From the NCBI GenBank assembly GCA_964016885.1, contig OZ024752.1, positions 44,640,001 to 44,704,000 of the forward strand: DNA of 64,000 nt, given 5' to 3'. The notes beneath the pieces are model-generated. The model did no database searches. It saw nothing but the letters and a program-made list of their open reading frames with translations, and was not told the origin of the DNA. The translations under genes were made by a program, and so were the position numbers. Positions 37,601-51,392 of the stretch are shown one piece after another (the first letter of the stretch is position 1; the number at the start of each line of letters is the position of its first letter). The DNA comes from Eledone cirrhosa (taxonomy: Eukaryota).

Positions 37601-40600
37601 CAAATACTTGCAACAGAGTAAACTCAATTAAAAGTGTCCAAAGACCAGGTGGTGGGGTTAAACAAGGGAGTAAGTTAATCACCCATAAAATTGACAATAG
37701 CTAGAGATTAGGTTTGTCTCTAGAAACATCCACTCAACCCCCTCTTTTAACAGGGACCCAGTGAACCAATGATCCACCCAACCCCACTTTTAACAGGGAC
37801 CCAGTGAACCAATGATCCACCAAACCCCACTTTTAACAGGGACCCAGTGAACCAATGATCCACCCAACCCCACTTTTAACCAGAGCCCATTCAACCAATG
37901 AAAAACTTCATACTTTGTTTCCTGAGCATTCTCTATCAATTTCAAGACTCTGTCATTGTGGTCCTGCACAGAATCCACTGAAACAGAAAACAGGAGAAAT
38001 ACACAAAATAATAAAAAAAGAAATAATAATTGTTTCTACTTTAGGCACAAGGCCAGCAAAATACCCAGTACATTACTGGTACTTTATTTTATCGACCCCG
38101 TAAGGATGAAAGGCAAAGTTAACCTCGGCGGGATTTGAATCCAGACTCTAAAAAGAAATAATAAGAGTCAACCAATAGAAACAACTTTACATGTAGTGTA
38201 TATCTTATGACATCGTATGGCTTTGTAACAGTTGAGGGTGTCATAGGGGTGCCATATTGATATAACAGCATTTTTAAACCTGGTGGAGTCCATCTCCTCT
38301 CCAGGTCTGAATACAGCAGATTTCTGCCAGAGAAGGTAGAGAGTGAGAGAATATATCACACACACAATAAGAAGATATAAAGCTTACATATAAAGTCGGC
38401 AGGGTTGTAGTTTGCAGCGCAGCAAAGACCATTCTCTGAAAATACATTCAGGGTGTCCTTGGCATCTCCGTTGTATGCAACCTGAGAAGACAGACATGTG
38501 ACAACATTTGAAAGTTGGGAGAACAGGTGTTGAGATGAGAGGACAGGAGTAGAAATTAGACGTGTACATATATAACAGATGTAGAGATGTCAAAGACAGA
38601 TGTAGAGGTGTCAAAGACAGATGTAGGGGTGTCAAAGACAGATGTAGGGGTGTCAAAGACAGATGTAGGGGTGTCAAAGACAGATGTAGAGGTGTCAAAG
38701 ACAGATGTAGAGGTGTCAAAGACAGATGTAGAGATGTCAAAGACAGATGTAGAGGTGTCAAAGACAGATGTAGAGGTGTCAAAGACAGATGTAGAGGTGT
38801 CAAAGACAGATGTAGGGGTGTCAAAGACAGATGTAGAGATGTCAAAGACAGATGTAGAGGTGTCAAAGACAGATGTAGAGGTGTCAAAGACAGATGTAGG
38901 GGTGTCAAAGACAGATGTAGAGGTGTTAAAGACAGATGTAGGGGTGTCAAAGACAGGTGTAGAGATGTCAAAGACAGATGTAGGGGTGTCAAAGACAGAT
39001 GTAGGGGTGTCAAAGACAGATGTAGAGGTGTCAAAGACAGATGTAGGGGTGTCAAAGACAGGTGTAGAGATGTCAAAGACAGATGTAGGGGTGTCAAAGA
39101 CAGATGTAGAGATGTCAAAGACAGATGTAGAGGTGTCAAAGACAGATGTGGAGGTGTCAAAGACAGATGTAGAGATATCAAAGACAGATGTGGAGGTGTC
39201 AAAGACAGATGTGGAGGTGTCAAAGACAGATGTGGAGGTGTCAAAGACAGATGTAGAGGTGTCAAAAGATGTGAAGAGGTACCATTCAAGAGATAATAGG
39301 AGAGATGAACAGATGATAGGATACTAAATGATATAGGTGACATATATACAGGAGACAGTGGGTGACATATATACAGGAGACAGTAGGTGGTATATATACA
39401 GGAGACAGTAGGTGACATATATACAGGAGACAGTAGGTGACATATATACAGGAGACAGTGGGTGGTATATATACAGGAGACAGTAGGTGACATATATACA
39501 GGAGACAGTGGGTGACATATATACAGGAGACAGTAGGTGGTATATATACAGGAGACAGTAGGTGACATATATACAGGAGACAGTAGGTGGTATATATACA
39601 GGAGACAGTAGGTGGTATATATACAGGAGACAGTGGGTGACATATATACAGGAGACAGTAGGTGGTATATATACAGGAGACAGTAGGTGACATATATACA
39701 GGAGACAGTAGGTGGTATATATACAGGAGACAGTGGGTGACATATATACAGGAGACAGTAGGTGGTATATATACAGGAGACAGTAGGTGACATATATACA
39801 GGAGACAGTAGGTGGTATATATACAGGAGACAGTAGGTGGTATATATACAGGAGACAGTGGGTGACATATATACAGGAGACAGTAGAACAGATGAATCAA
39901 ACAGAAAACTAATTACAACAGAAATACTTTGTATTTCAATTAAAAAGCTCATCTCTAGAATTCATTGGAAGATGAAAAGAAATTAAATTTCACCACCACA
40001 ACAGTAATACAACACCACCACCACCATAACAGTAATACAACACCACCACCACCAAAACAGTAATACAACACCACCACCACCACCTGCACCACTAAGTAAG
40101 TATTAGAGTGTAAAGAGTTTCTTACCAATCCATTAGAAAGTACCAGTAATTTACTGAACATGTGAAATATCTGACTGGAAGGTTGGTGGATGGTAGTGAG
40201 GACTATCTTGTTGTTGTTATTGGCCAGACTCTGGAGATTCAACATTATCTTGTAGGCCATTGAGGAATCAAGGCCGGATGTGGGTTCCTGGAAATATAGA
40301 GTAAATATATAGTGGGGTGATGGGGTAGGGTGACAGGGTGGGGTGCAGTGATAGCGGTAGGATGGGAGTGAAGTGAAGGGATCATAGTTAGTAGTAACAA
40401 CAACAGTAGTAACAACTGTAACAGCAAGTCAATAACATCACAAATAACAACTACTACAACAACAAAGTAACAATAACAATGATAATATCAAGACAACAAC
40501 AAGAGGAGGGGGAGAATAACAACAACAACAACACCAACAAGAGGAGGGTGAGGTGTAAAAGGCCGATTATAAAGAAAAGAGTTAACTCACGTCAACAATA

Positions 40601-41750
40601 ATAATATCAGGGTTTGTGAGGAGTTCACAGGATATACTGGCTCTTTTCTTCTCACCTCCAGACAAACCTCTCTCCCAGGCTGAGCCAATTACTGGAAATT
40701 ACAATAACCAATTGGAATTATATATATATATATATATATATATAGTTATGTAATAAACAACATAAGATAATTATTTCATTTACCAGTTGTTTCTTGAAAG
40801 CAACCAAAATTGCTTTCATTCATCAGAATGAAATAATTATTATGGTAAATGAAATAATTATCTTATGTTGTTTATAACATAACTAATAAGCTCTGTAACC
40901 TACATAGGGCACTCTTTTTTCCTGGACCTTTCTGACGTAATCACTTCATTCATACATATATATATATATATATATGATAAATTCCGACCTTGCACACTTA
41001 CACTTCTCTAAGACAATGTCACTGGACCGAGATCTTTGGCGCCACACAGTAATACAGAAGACCCGTCTTGCCTATGTACAAAGCGAAACCTAGTCAGTAG
41101 GCACCTCTTAACCAAATATACACCTCCATCCCACTACCCCTACTCCACCCCCATCAACACCACCCCTTTCTCTGTAAAGTTATGTTGGTACCACAACATC
41201 CAGTCCTAAATAAACGAGGTCGTGTAGGTGTCACAACAAAAACACAGTCCACGCTGTAATGTGGCCGTGTAGGTAACACAGTAAAAAGTTCCCAGTCCAC
41301 ACTGTAAACATGGTTGGTGTTAGGAAGGGCATCCAGCCGTAGAAAACATGCCAGACAGTCCTATACGAGCCAGACAACCAATCTTGCCTCAAGTGGGACA
41401 ATTCCCGTCTAAACCCATGCTAGCGTGGAAGATGGACGTTAAACGATGATGATGATATATAATATATATATATATATACTGGGCAGAAGAGGGATCAAAT
41501 ACTGTGTGTAGAGGAGAAGACTGTGGTGGTATGGTCACGTGATGTGACCTGGTACTCCCATCCAGTACCGGGCTCCAAAACTATGGTTCCACTGTCACAT
41601 GGATTCAGTGTGGCCAACTGGCCTGTCCCTCCTCATAACAGAACCATCCTCTTTCACACACTATATATATATACACACACACATATACAACATACAGAAA
41701 ATAACACTATTAGATACTGTACATTTATTACAAAGAGTACCCCATGACTT

Positions 41751-41801
<51 letters not shown>

Positions 41802-42626
41802 ACATACAGAATTTAGTACTACTAGGTAAGACTGTACACATATAGAGTACACCAGGACTTACATATTACATAGTGTACACCAGAACTTATATATATATAC
41901 AACTCATTTTGGTTTGGCCTTAGCTTAGCTCTGTCCAGCTAGGCTTGGTTTGGCCTTAGCTTAGCTCTGTCCAGCTAGGCTTGGTTTGGCCTTAGCTTAG
42001 CTCTATCCAGCTAGGCTTGGTTTGGCCTTAGCTTAGCTCTGTCCAGCTAGGCTTGGTTTGGCCTTAGCTTAGCTCTGTCCAGCTAGGCTTGGTTTGGCCT
42101 TAGCTTAGCTCTGTCCAGCTAGGCTTGGTTTGGCCTTAGCTTAGCTCTGTCCAGCTAGGCTTGGTTTGGCCTTAGCTTAGCTCTATCCAGCTCGGCGATC
42201 CAGGATCAGATTGGGTAGGAGATCAGTGATGGGATTTGTGAACTGGGGACTGGATCAGGGACCCAGCATCGGATTGGGGATCGAATCAACACAGGCTCTG
42301 TCTAGCTCAGCTTGACTTAGCTTAGCTCTCTCCACGCTACCGATATTATCCAAAGGAAAGGCAATTGTTGATACAACTTGGCACCATGAAAGTAAAGTTT
42401 CTTGCTCAAGGATACAACACACTGTTTGTTCCTATTTAGTTATATATAAGTAGCAGACCATTGTCTGTTATAGAAGCAACAAAGACACAAAAGAAGGAAT
42501 ATATGGAATATTTACGTGTATCTAGACATTTCTCAAGTTCCATCTGTGAAACAATTTGTTCTACTCTTTTCTTCTTTTGAACTGTACTCATTTTCTCAGG
42601 GAGTTTTACCATAGCTGTGAACTGAT

Positions 42627-42685
<59 letters not shown>

Positions 42686-42820
42686 TATACATATATTATA
42701 TATATCATATACATATACATATATTATATATATATCATATACATATATTATATATACCACATACATATATTATATATACCACATACATATATTATATATA
42801 CCATATACATATATTATATA

Positions 42821-42864
<44 letters not shown>

Positions 42865-44590
42865 GTCATCACCATTTAACGTCCATTTTCCATGCTACCA
42901 TGGAAACTGGACATTAAATGATGATGATGATGATGAAAGGTCTATGTTACGACTGAAATAAAACAACATTTTAAGGAGTACTTACATGTAGTAATTCCCT
43001 GAGGGTTAATTTGGTGGGTAATATGTCTTGTTGTAGAACATAACTCATCTGACGAGTTAACGTCTTGTTCAATTTCTGACCATTTATTGTTATGGTTCCG
43101 TGAGTGATGCGTTGTTGGCCAGCAATTACATTCAGAAGAGTAGTTTTACCGGATCCTGTTAAAGAAATATCATAAAATCACACTCCAATTAAATAATAAT
43201 GGTTTCTACGTTAGGCACAAGGCCAGCAATTACCCAGTGTATTACTGGTACTTTATTTTATCGACTCCGTAAGGGTGAAAGGCAAAGTTAACCTCGGCGG
43301 GATTTGAACTCAGATCATAAAGGGCCATAACTCTATGCTGCAAAGCATGGCGTCCAAACCTCTACCGACACTGCCAATCCACCACCCTAATAATAATAAT
43401 TGTTTCTACTTTAGGCACAAGGCCAGCAATTACTCAGTGCATTACTGGTACTTTATTTTATCGACCCCGTACTGTGCTCAGGTGCACTACAACTCATCAA
43501 AGGTGCATGTATAGTGCATAAAATGTCAGGAAAGTGAACCTGTGTATAAGTTATGATATACACATAGATACATGTATGTGTGTGTAGGGAATATCAGGAA
43601 GTTTTGAATACATGGAAGTTTTGAAGGATGCTAAGAGGAAAATTTCAATAAATTAAGAATTGTTGTTGTGTATGGCATTCAATATATCAGCCATTGAGAC
43701 AGTGACAGAGGGAGTTTGGTTCCTCTGTGTTTGGAGCTGGTGTATACGTATATATATTTATTTACCACACCAAATGTTACATACTTCCAAGTAATTGTAA
43801 ACATTACCATTACAACATACTAGCAGAAAAACCAACTTATTTTACAAACGGGATAAAAAAAAAATAAACTGTACGCAATCCCGCAGACCTTCCTTTATTA
43901 TAGTTTAGATTTCTAAAAGTATAAAGACAGTTTGGGGGCAATGTTTTAGAGCTATTGATTACTGAACTGTGAAAGAGAGGATAGAAACCTCAATTAGCTA
44001 TTGATTACTGAACTATGAAAGAGAGGATAGAAACCTCAATTAGCTATTGATTACTGAACTGTGAAAAGGAGGATAGAAACCTCAATTAGCTATTGATTAC
44101 TGAACTATGAAAGGGAGTATTTATTTATATTTATTTTAAAGTATTTATATTTATTTTAAAGTATTTATTTATATTTATTTTAAAGTATTTATATATATTT
44201 ATTTTAAAGTATATATATTTATTTTAAAGTATATATATTTATTTTAAAGTATATATATTTATTTTAAAGTATTTATATTTATTTTAAAGTATTTATATTT
44301 ATTTTAAAGTATTTATATTTATTTTAAAGTATTTATATTTATTTTAAAGTATTTATATTTATTTTAAAGTATTTATTTATATTTATTTTAAAGTATTTAT
44401 ATTTATTTTAAAGTATTTATATTTATTTTAAAGTATTTATATTTATGAACTTACCACTTGGTCCCATCACAGCCATTAGCTCACCAGATGATATTCTACC
44501 CCAGACATTTTCAAGAATTCTCCTCTTCTTAATTTCAACAACAACATCATTAAAGACAAGAGTCTTTAATGATGAGTTTGTGTCCTGCAT
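32493..44590 (-). CDS. ABC transporter subfamily G half-transporter (NBD-TMD order), about 600 aa
   Basis: Exons in transcript order: 44590-44455 (acceptor at 44619), 43155-42986, 42621-42516, 40691-40591, 40287-40126, 38481-38388, 37977-37914, 37309-37263, 36728-36493, 35092-35035, 34593-34379, 33521-33431, 33102-32985, 32697-32493 (TGA); total 1803 nt, all phases match. Motifs: Walker A GPSGSGKT, Q-loop YVLQQD, signature LSGGE, Walker B/D-loop IIIVDEPTSGLD, H-loop [33 protein letters not shown]. Start Met is inferred. Confidence 0.94.
33137..33262. repeat. ~44-bp tandem repeat x3
   Basis: ttaagataggctcaatgacagatatttgagggaggggg repeated. Confidence 0.9.
34962..35028 (+). mobile_element. Dispersed LINE-like 3' end with (ATT)n tail
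   Basis: gcacctttgatgagttgtagtgcacc.gagcactgtagacaataatttcattattat also at 7168-7220, 15850-15955 and 43470-43640 (-). Confidence 0.6.
35565..36190 (-). mobile_element. RTE-derived element (ORF end plus 3' UTR and (GAT)n tail)
   Basis: Reverse complement of 40978-41457; ends in catgctagcatggaagatggacgttaaacgatgatg. Shorter relatives at 47052-47332, 49657-49770 and 57350-57612 (all minus). Confidence 0.85.
36942..37129. mobile_element. piggyBac-like MITE, same family
   Basis: TTAA at 36938-36941 and 37130-37133; TAAATGCTAAAGGG terminus. Confidence 0.75.
37730..37900. repeat. 43-bp tandem repeat x3-4
   Basis: cttttaacagggacccagtgaaccaatgatccacc repeated. Confidence 0.85.
38575..39280. repeat. 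21-bp minisatellite (gatgtagaggtgtcaaagaca), ~33 copies
   Basis: Direct inspection; intronic. Confidence 0.95.
39336..39886. repeat. 25-bp minisatellite (ggtgacatatatacaggagacagtr), ~22 copies
   Basis: Direct inspection; intronic. Confidence 0.95.
40769..40838 (-). ncRNA. Hammerhead ribozyme-like motif in ABCG intron (sense to pre-mRNA)
   Basis: Minus strand AATTATTTCATT-CTGATGA-a tgaaagcaa..ttgctttca a-GAAA-caactgg-TA^AATGAAATAATT; 12-bp stem I, but A.A at the stem II closing pair and weak stem III. Confidence 0.6.
40978..41457 (+). mobile_element. RTE-derived element (3' end)
   Basis: Same family as 35565-36190 in opposite orientation; (GAT)n tail runs into (TA)n. Confidence 0.85.
41909..42192. 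repeat. 36-bp minisatellite, ~8 copies
   Basis: ttggtttggccttagcttagctctgtccagctaggc, head-to-tail with no spacers. Confidence 0.95.
43950..44446. repeat. 46-bp repeat x3.5 followed by AT-rich 20-24-bp array (aaagtatttatatttatttt)
   Basis: Direct inspection; the array ends a few bases from the ABCG donor at 44454. Confidence 0.9.
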
Positions 44591-45872
44591 TGTCGTTTCA
44601 GATTCTGATGGAACTCCAACTGGAAAAATTAGACAGACAGACAGATGGTTAATTCTAAGCAACAACTGATGTTGTGGCAGATGTGTACCCTACATTGTCA
44701 TAATCAATTAATGCTACTCTACGTTCTCATATAATAAAAAATTCTATGATCCAAAAAATTAACAATTTCAGAAAGTTAATGAACTGAATAGTTTAATAAT
44801 TCAAAATGTTAGCAATTCAAAACATTGGAAATTCAAAAATAATGTCAAAAAAAATTTGAAATCCCATCAAAATTACAATCTGAAAATTAACAACCTAAAG
44901 AATTAATAAAAGTGCTTGTGTTGGTGACACGACAAAAAGCACCCAGTCCACACTGTGAAGTGGTTGGCATTAAAAAGGGTATCCAGCACTACCATCTTAA
45001 CTTGGTCTTTTTATCATGGCAGCAGCACTACCATTTTACAGAGTGCTTCAGGTGTATTGGTCTTTCTATACTGGCATGAATTGGACGATGTAAGATGTGA
45101 TAGGGAAAGGACTATAGTGCGTGGGTGAACTACGAGATGATGAGGAGGGATTAAGGTGGAAGAAGAGGAAGAGAGTGGATGGGGAGAGGAGCACACTTGC
45201 AAATGGGGACACCACTGCCTCTTCATTTGCTAAAGACAGTACATTTTCTGAACACTTCTTCAAATAAGCTTTATCAGCTTCAGTAATTTGATGACACTTG
45301 ATATGAAATAAATATTTCAGCTCAATAATTTGACCAATTCATGAGTGATAGGCTGTGTTTAGTCAGTCAAGGTGCATTAGTTATTTTTAGTATGTGATAC
45401 CAAGCATGTTTCCTTGTAACTAACTAGTTATGTCATTAACAAAGACATTGTGCTGCTAGACTACAATAGCCATCTCAGTAATCACTTCACTTCTCCAATG
45501 GAGTATGGTAGCCATAAGACAGGAAACTGTCTAATTAGGTTTTAATAATTTACTTGTCAGTCAGACTAAATCTGGAGAACTGGTTAGTAAATTACTAACC
45601 TGGAGAAGATCTTATGTAATATTATTTATCATTCTTATCACTTTTATCACTTCACCCCAAGCTTTCCTAGGTCTTCCTCTTCCATTGTCTCCAACTTTGA
45701 GTACACTGCACCTTTTTATACAGCTGTCATCCCCCATATGTATCACATGTCACGACTACCACAATCTTCTTTCCTGCACCTTACATCTCACTTCACTTTG
45801 TCGTTCCCGTACACTACTATTACACATCGGAGCCCCTGCATACACACGATTAGACCATTGACACACACACAC

Positions 45873-45950
<78 letters not shown>

Positions 45951-46552
45951 CATCCCAATAAAGTTCATCAGTTTCAAGTAACAAGTATGGAACAGATCTG
46001 CTTGTCTGAATTGACATGTCTCTCTCTCTCTCTCTCCACCCCCTCTCTGTGTCCTTCTCTCTCTTTATCTCTCTCTCTCTCTCCATGGAACTGGTAAGAA
46101 GGTACATTTGCTAACAAAAATCCTGGACTCAGTAAATAAATAGCCCAAATATAACACAGCTATTAAAAAGTACTAAAACCAAACAACAAACAACACAAGC
46201 CCTGATAATTTTACAAATGTAGGAAATATATTGGGAAAGTGGTGAAGTATTGTAAGGGGGGAATGTGAGTTGGTGACAGGTGGGGGGGGGGTGAGTTGGT
46301 GACAAGGGGGGATGTGAGTTGGTGACAAGAGAGAGCATCAGGTTGTTAGGCGACAGAAGTCAGTTTAATGACTCCATTTTTAGGGGGAGCGAGGAGAGAT
46401 AGATAGAGAGAGGGGAGGAGAGATAGATAAAGAGAGGGGGGGAGATAGGTAGAGAGGGGGGGATAGGTAGAGAGAGATAGATAGACAGAGAGGGAGGAGG
46501 AGTATATATATATATATAGAGAGAGAGGAGGATAGAGAGAGAGATAGAGAGG

Positions 46553-46605
<53 letters not shown>

Positions 46606-47347
46606 TATAACTACTACAACAAGAAGTGTTTAAAGATCACTTTTCATTGTAAATACTCTTCAGCAACAACAACAACAATAACAACAACAGTAACAACAGC
46701 AACAACAACAACAACAACAGTAACAACAGCAATAACAGTAACAACAACAACAGTAACAACAACAATAGTAACAACAACAACAACAACAGGATGACACTAA
46801 AAAAAAGGTCAGTAATAAGAGGTTAGGAGTGGTTTGGTCATTTCACTGGGATTGATAATGTCAAAAGGTGAGATAATGGCACCATTTTGGGGAGTTTGTG
46901 GGGAGTTTATTAGGTGTATGGTTGAACTGCTGCCGGATGGACTACATTTACAAGTTTGATGAATAGTTCCAGGACTTCTGGATGGCAGAATAAAATGGTT
47001 TCTACTCAAAGTTAAGTCTCAGGGTAAGTGTGTGTCTGTGAAATATATATATCATCATCATCATCATCATCGTTTAACGTCCATCTTCCATGCTTGCATG
47101 GGTTTGGACGGGAATTTTCCCACTTGAGGCAAGATTGGTTGTCTTGCTTGTATAGGACTGTCTGGTGGGTTTTTTAAGGCTGGATGCCCTTCCTAACACC
47201 AACCACATTTACAGTGTGGACTGGGAGGTTTTTACCGTGTTACCTACACGGCCACATTACAGCGTGGACTGTGTGTTTTTGTCGTGACACCTACACGACC
47301 TCATTTATTTCGGACTGGATGTTGTGGTACCAATATATATATATATC

Positions 47348-47690
47348 ATCATTTTATCATCATTTCATTTTACGTCCGCTTTTCCCTGCTTGCAAGGGTG
47401 GGACGGGAACTGATTCTGGCTTGATTTCTACAGCTGGATGCCCTTCCTAACACCAACCTCATTTACAGTGAGTGCTGGGTGCTTTTTTGCCGTGGCACCT
47501 CTACGACCACTTTGCAGTGGAATGATAGGGACCCCAGTCCCTATCATCTCATTTCTACAGCTGAGTAAACTGGAGCAATGTGAAATAAAGTGTCTTGCTC
47601 AAGGAAACAACACATCACCTGGTCTGAGAATTGAACTCACAACCTTTCGATTGCAAGGCCAATGCTCTAACCACTAAGCCATGTGCCTCC
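47348..47690 (-). mobile_element. Full-length tRNA-derived SINE with RTE-derived 3' tail
   Basis: As 2713-3042. Partial relatives at 1945-2055, 18540-18780, 20066-20185, 26090-26170, 27590-27700, 33287-33358 and 57050-57326. Confidence 0.85.
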
Positions 47691-50080
47691 ATATATATAT
47701 ATATATATACACCAGGTCCAAACACAGAGGAACCAAGCTCCCACTGTCACTGCCTCCGTCTCTCCCACTCTCCCCATCTCTCACTATTACGAGCAAATGG
47801 GGGCCCAAGTGCTGGCTACCCCGTGGCTCCAACGAACAGAATAGAGAAGGTTCTGTCATGGAGGGTGTTGAAATAGGGAGGGAAAGTCGATTAAATCAAC
47901 CCCAGTGCATTACTGGTACTTTATTTTATCAACCCTGTAAGGATGAAAGGCAAAGCTAACTTCAGCGGGATTTGAACTTAGAACGTAAAGGGTCGGAACT
48001 CTGTGCTGCTAACCAGGGTGTCCGACGCTCTACTGATTACTGCGAATCCACTGCCATTTCCAGAAATAATAATCACTTATCCATTTGCTCCATTTACAAA
48101 GACAACTTTATATAAAGCATTCTTAGTGTTAATAAACCTGTACAGTTTCTTAGAGATTAATTAGAGATGTGAGGCGTGGTGTCTATATTTACCTGTACAA
48201 ATCTGTTTTATTGTAATAAATGCAAATGTCTTTTGTGGTTATAAAAACAGAAAAGCAAGGGAAAGAAAAGGTAAGGGTTCCGATGTTTACAGGCGATAGA
48301 AATAATCCGATAAACAAAAAGAATCCATGAAACATGTAGTGACTCATAAAAAAAATATTTAAGAATATTTCATGGTGTCTCTTACTCAACTGTAAATACT
48401 CACAAACCAAACACTTTTGTTATCTGTGACAAAATAAATGAAATTGTTCACAGGCAAAAGTTTGAAAGACTCCCTTAACAAATGATGTAAGGAGATGAAT
48501 TTTGGAAATTAGCAATGATCAATGTAAACAACTGAGTGGAAAATATTATAGAAAGTTTAAATTATTCAATTCAATTGACTGACATTCTAAATTTGTCACA
48601 GCTATTAGTATGTGTCAGGTATTGTTATAATAGCAATGTATATAGAGATTCTTTTGTTTGTTGTTAATAGGCAAGGTTATTGTTGAATTGGCAGTATCAG
48701 TAGAGAGTCGGATGCCATGCTTTCTAGCATAGTTACGTCCCCTTACAGTCTGAGTTCAAATCCCGCCGAGGTTAACTTTGCCTTTCATCCTTACGGGGTC
48801 AATAAAATAAAGTACCAGTAATGTACTGGGTAATTGCTGGCCTTGTGCCTAAAGTAGAAACAGTTATTGTTTAAGGAAGTAGGGTTAGAATATGTGTTAG
48901 GAATATGTACTTTTGGCACAACAGAAAAAGACAAGTCAAATAGTAGGATTTCAAATTAGAGTTAAACCTGCTACTTTCACTTATTGTATGAGTCATTGAG
49001 AAATGTTACTGGATATTTCTCTGGGTCTAACTGTGGTAGTGTAAGGTCTAACTGTGGTAGTGTAAGGTGTGACTTTGGTAGTGTAAGGTGAAGTTATTTT
49101 TCTGGCTATGATAATTTGGGACATACCAGTACAATCTGACAAGGAGATCAAAACAAACTGTCCAAATATTATAATTAACAAAAATCTATTTCCTCTGATT
49201 GACAACTCAATATTTTCTGACCAAAACATTGTTTAAAAAGAAGTAAAAAAAACAACAAAACTATCAAAGTACAAGAAACTTAAAATAGAAATAAACATAA
49301 AAGTGAAAACAATATTTCAAAAGATTTCAAAACTTTGGCATCTTTTCTTGGTTTTATTAATAGAAAACATCAAGATTGGTTTGTTGATAATGAGAAAGCA
49401 ATTGAAGTGCTGTATATTTAAGGGTCTGTTTTTCTTTTTTTTTGATTCGTCAAAGTGACATTATTGAAAAGATAACAACATATATAAATTATTACCGGTT
49501 TCGATGTATTATTAAATCCATCTTATCAAATCTTGAGTGTTGAAATAAAAATTAAAAAGAATTAATAGCAGTTAAAAACTAAGGATTTAAAATTAAAATC
49601 AAATGTTTGGAGTAAATTTTCTTCCATCCTTCTTGCTCAAAATTTGGTGGATATATATCATCATCATCGTTTAATGTCCATCTTCCACGCTAGCATGGGT
49701 TAGACGGGAGTTGTCCCACTTGAGGCAAGGTTGGTCGGGTGACCATGTCTCGCTCATATAGGACTATCATATATATATATAATAAAAGAAGAAAAAGAAG
49801 AAGAAAACAGAGGAGAAAAGTAGTAAAATATTTGTGCGAGTGAGAGGGGTGATAAGGTAGAAAAAATATATATAGGAGGATTGTGTGATTTATTGGATGA
49901 AGGGGGAAAAAAGATGATTTAAAGTGAGGAGGGAGAAGGAAAGACGAAATGAGAAGATCTATATTAGATACACATCGATCTATCAGCAGAATGAAGTTAA
50001 CTGATATAAATAAATGACAATAAAAATAACTTCTTATGAATTTGGAGATAAGAGAAGTTTGAAGAGGTTCTGTAAATAGT

Positions 50081-50742
50081 AGAGATCAGACAGCTACTAT
50101 AGAGATCAGACGGATACTATAGAGATCAGACGGATACTATAGAGATCAGACGGACACTATAGAGACCAGACGGATACTATAGAGATCAGACGGATACTAT
50201 AGAGATTAGACGGATACTATAGAGATCAGACGGATACTATAGAGATCAGACGGATACTATAGAGATCAGACAGCTACTATAGAGATCAGACGGATACTAT
50301 AGAGATCAGACAGCTACTATAGAGATCAGACGGATACTATAGAGATCAGACGGATACTATAGAGATCAGACGGATACTATAGAGATCAGACGGATACTAT
50401 AGAGATCAGACGGATACTATAGAGATCAGACGGATATTATAGAGATCAGACGGATACTATAGAGATCAGACGGATACTATAGAGATCAGACGGATACTAT
50501 AGAGATCAGACGGACACTATAGAGATCAGACGGATACTATAGAGATCAGACGGATACTATAGAGATCAGACGGATACTATAGAGATCAGACGGATACTAT
50601 AGAGATCAGACGGATACTATAGAGATCAGACAGACACTATAGAGATCAGACAGATACTATAGAGATCAGACAGATACTATAGAGATCAGACAGCTACTAT
50701 AGAGATCAGACGGATACTATAGAGATTAGACAGATACTATAA
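50081..50742. repeat. 20-bp minisatellite (agagatcagacggatactat), ~33 copies
   Basis: Direct inspection. Confidence 0.95.
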
Positions 50743-51201
50743 ATGTCAGCGTCACACTACAACAGCTTTTTATTTCACTAGTGTGAGATAACGATGTTTA
50801 TTTTATAATCACTCAAGCATTTGCGTGTGTGTAGGAGGGTGGGTGTATGTCTGTTGTATACATGACACCAGAAACTGCCTTAACCTTGTAATATGAACTG
50901 TTGGTGTGATATAACTGCCAAGCCTTGTTCTATAGGACATTGGTTCTGTCTGTGACCTGCAAGTTCCGCTTGAGTTAACACAAGGCCTTTTGTTTGGTTT
51001 TTTCAGTGGTTAAAATTATTCTTCAGAAAGGGTTCCCGGTACTCCTGGTTGCTGTCTTTTGTTCTGGTGTTGGCTTCGTTGTTCACCGCTTCCTTTACAT
51101 TTTCTTGCATCATATTGCAACATTAAAAGAATATATCCTTCTGAAAGAATCGCGAGCAATTTATGTTGTCTAAGCATTTGTAATGTTATTTATGTATATA
51201 T

Positions 51202-51392
51202 AGGGCGGTATATTGGCAGTATCGGTAGAGGGTCGGACGCCATGCTTTCCAGCATAGTTACGTCCCTTTACGATCTGAGTTCAAATCCTGCCGAGGTTGA
51301 CTTTGCCTTTCATCCTTACGGGGTTGATAAAATAAAGTACCAGTAATGCACTGGGTAATTGCTGGCCTTGTGCCTAAAGTAGAAACAGTTAT
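51202..51392 (+). mobile_element. Second SINE family (tRNA-like head, gagttcaaatcc B box, (ATT)n tail)
   Basis: Copies at 30915-31053 (+), 34725-34910 (-), 38022-38150 (-), 43193-43470 (-, tandem pair), 47890-48055 (-), 48685-48868 (+), and degenerate 9030-9180; shared core gttaactttgcctttcatccttacggggtcgataaaataaagtaccag. Confidence 0.85.

Noticed and set aside
38384-39952. 522-aa, 244-aa and 246-aa repetitive ORFs
   Set aside because: They are translations of the 21-bp and 25-bp minisatellites inside an ABCG intron whose flanking exons already splice in phase.
41909-42192. 36-bp repeats resembling CRISPR repeat length
   Set aside because: Head-to-tail with no unique spacers, eukaryotic intron, no cas genes.
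32493-44590. Calling the ABCG gene white/scarlet (pigment transporter)
   Set aside because: Family motifs are clear, but orthology cannot be assigned without a phylogeny.
47620-47690. tRNA-like sequences at SINE heads
   Set aside because: They continue into SINE body and tail and lack a full cloverleaf; not tRNA genes.
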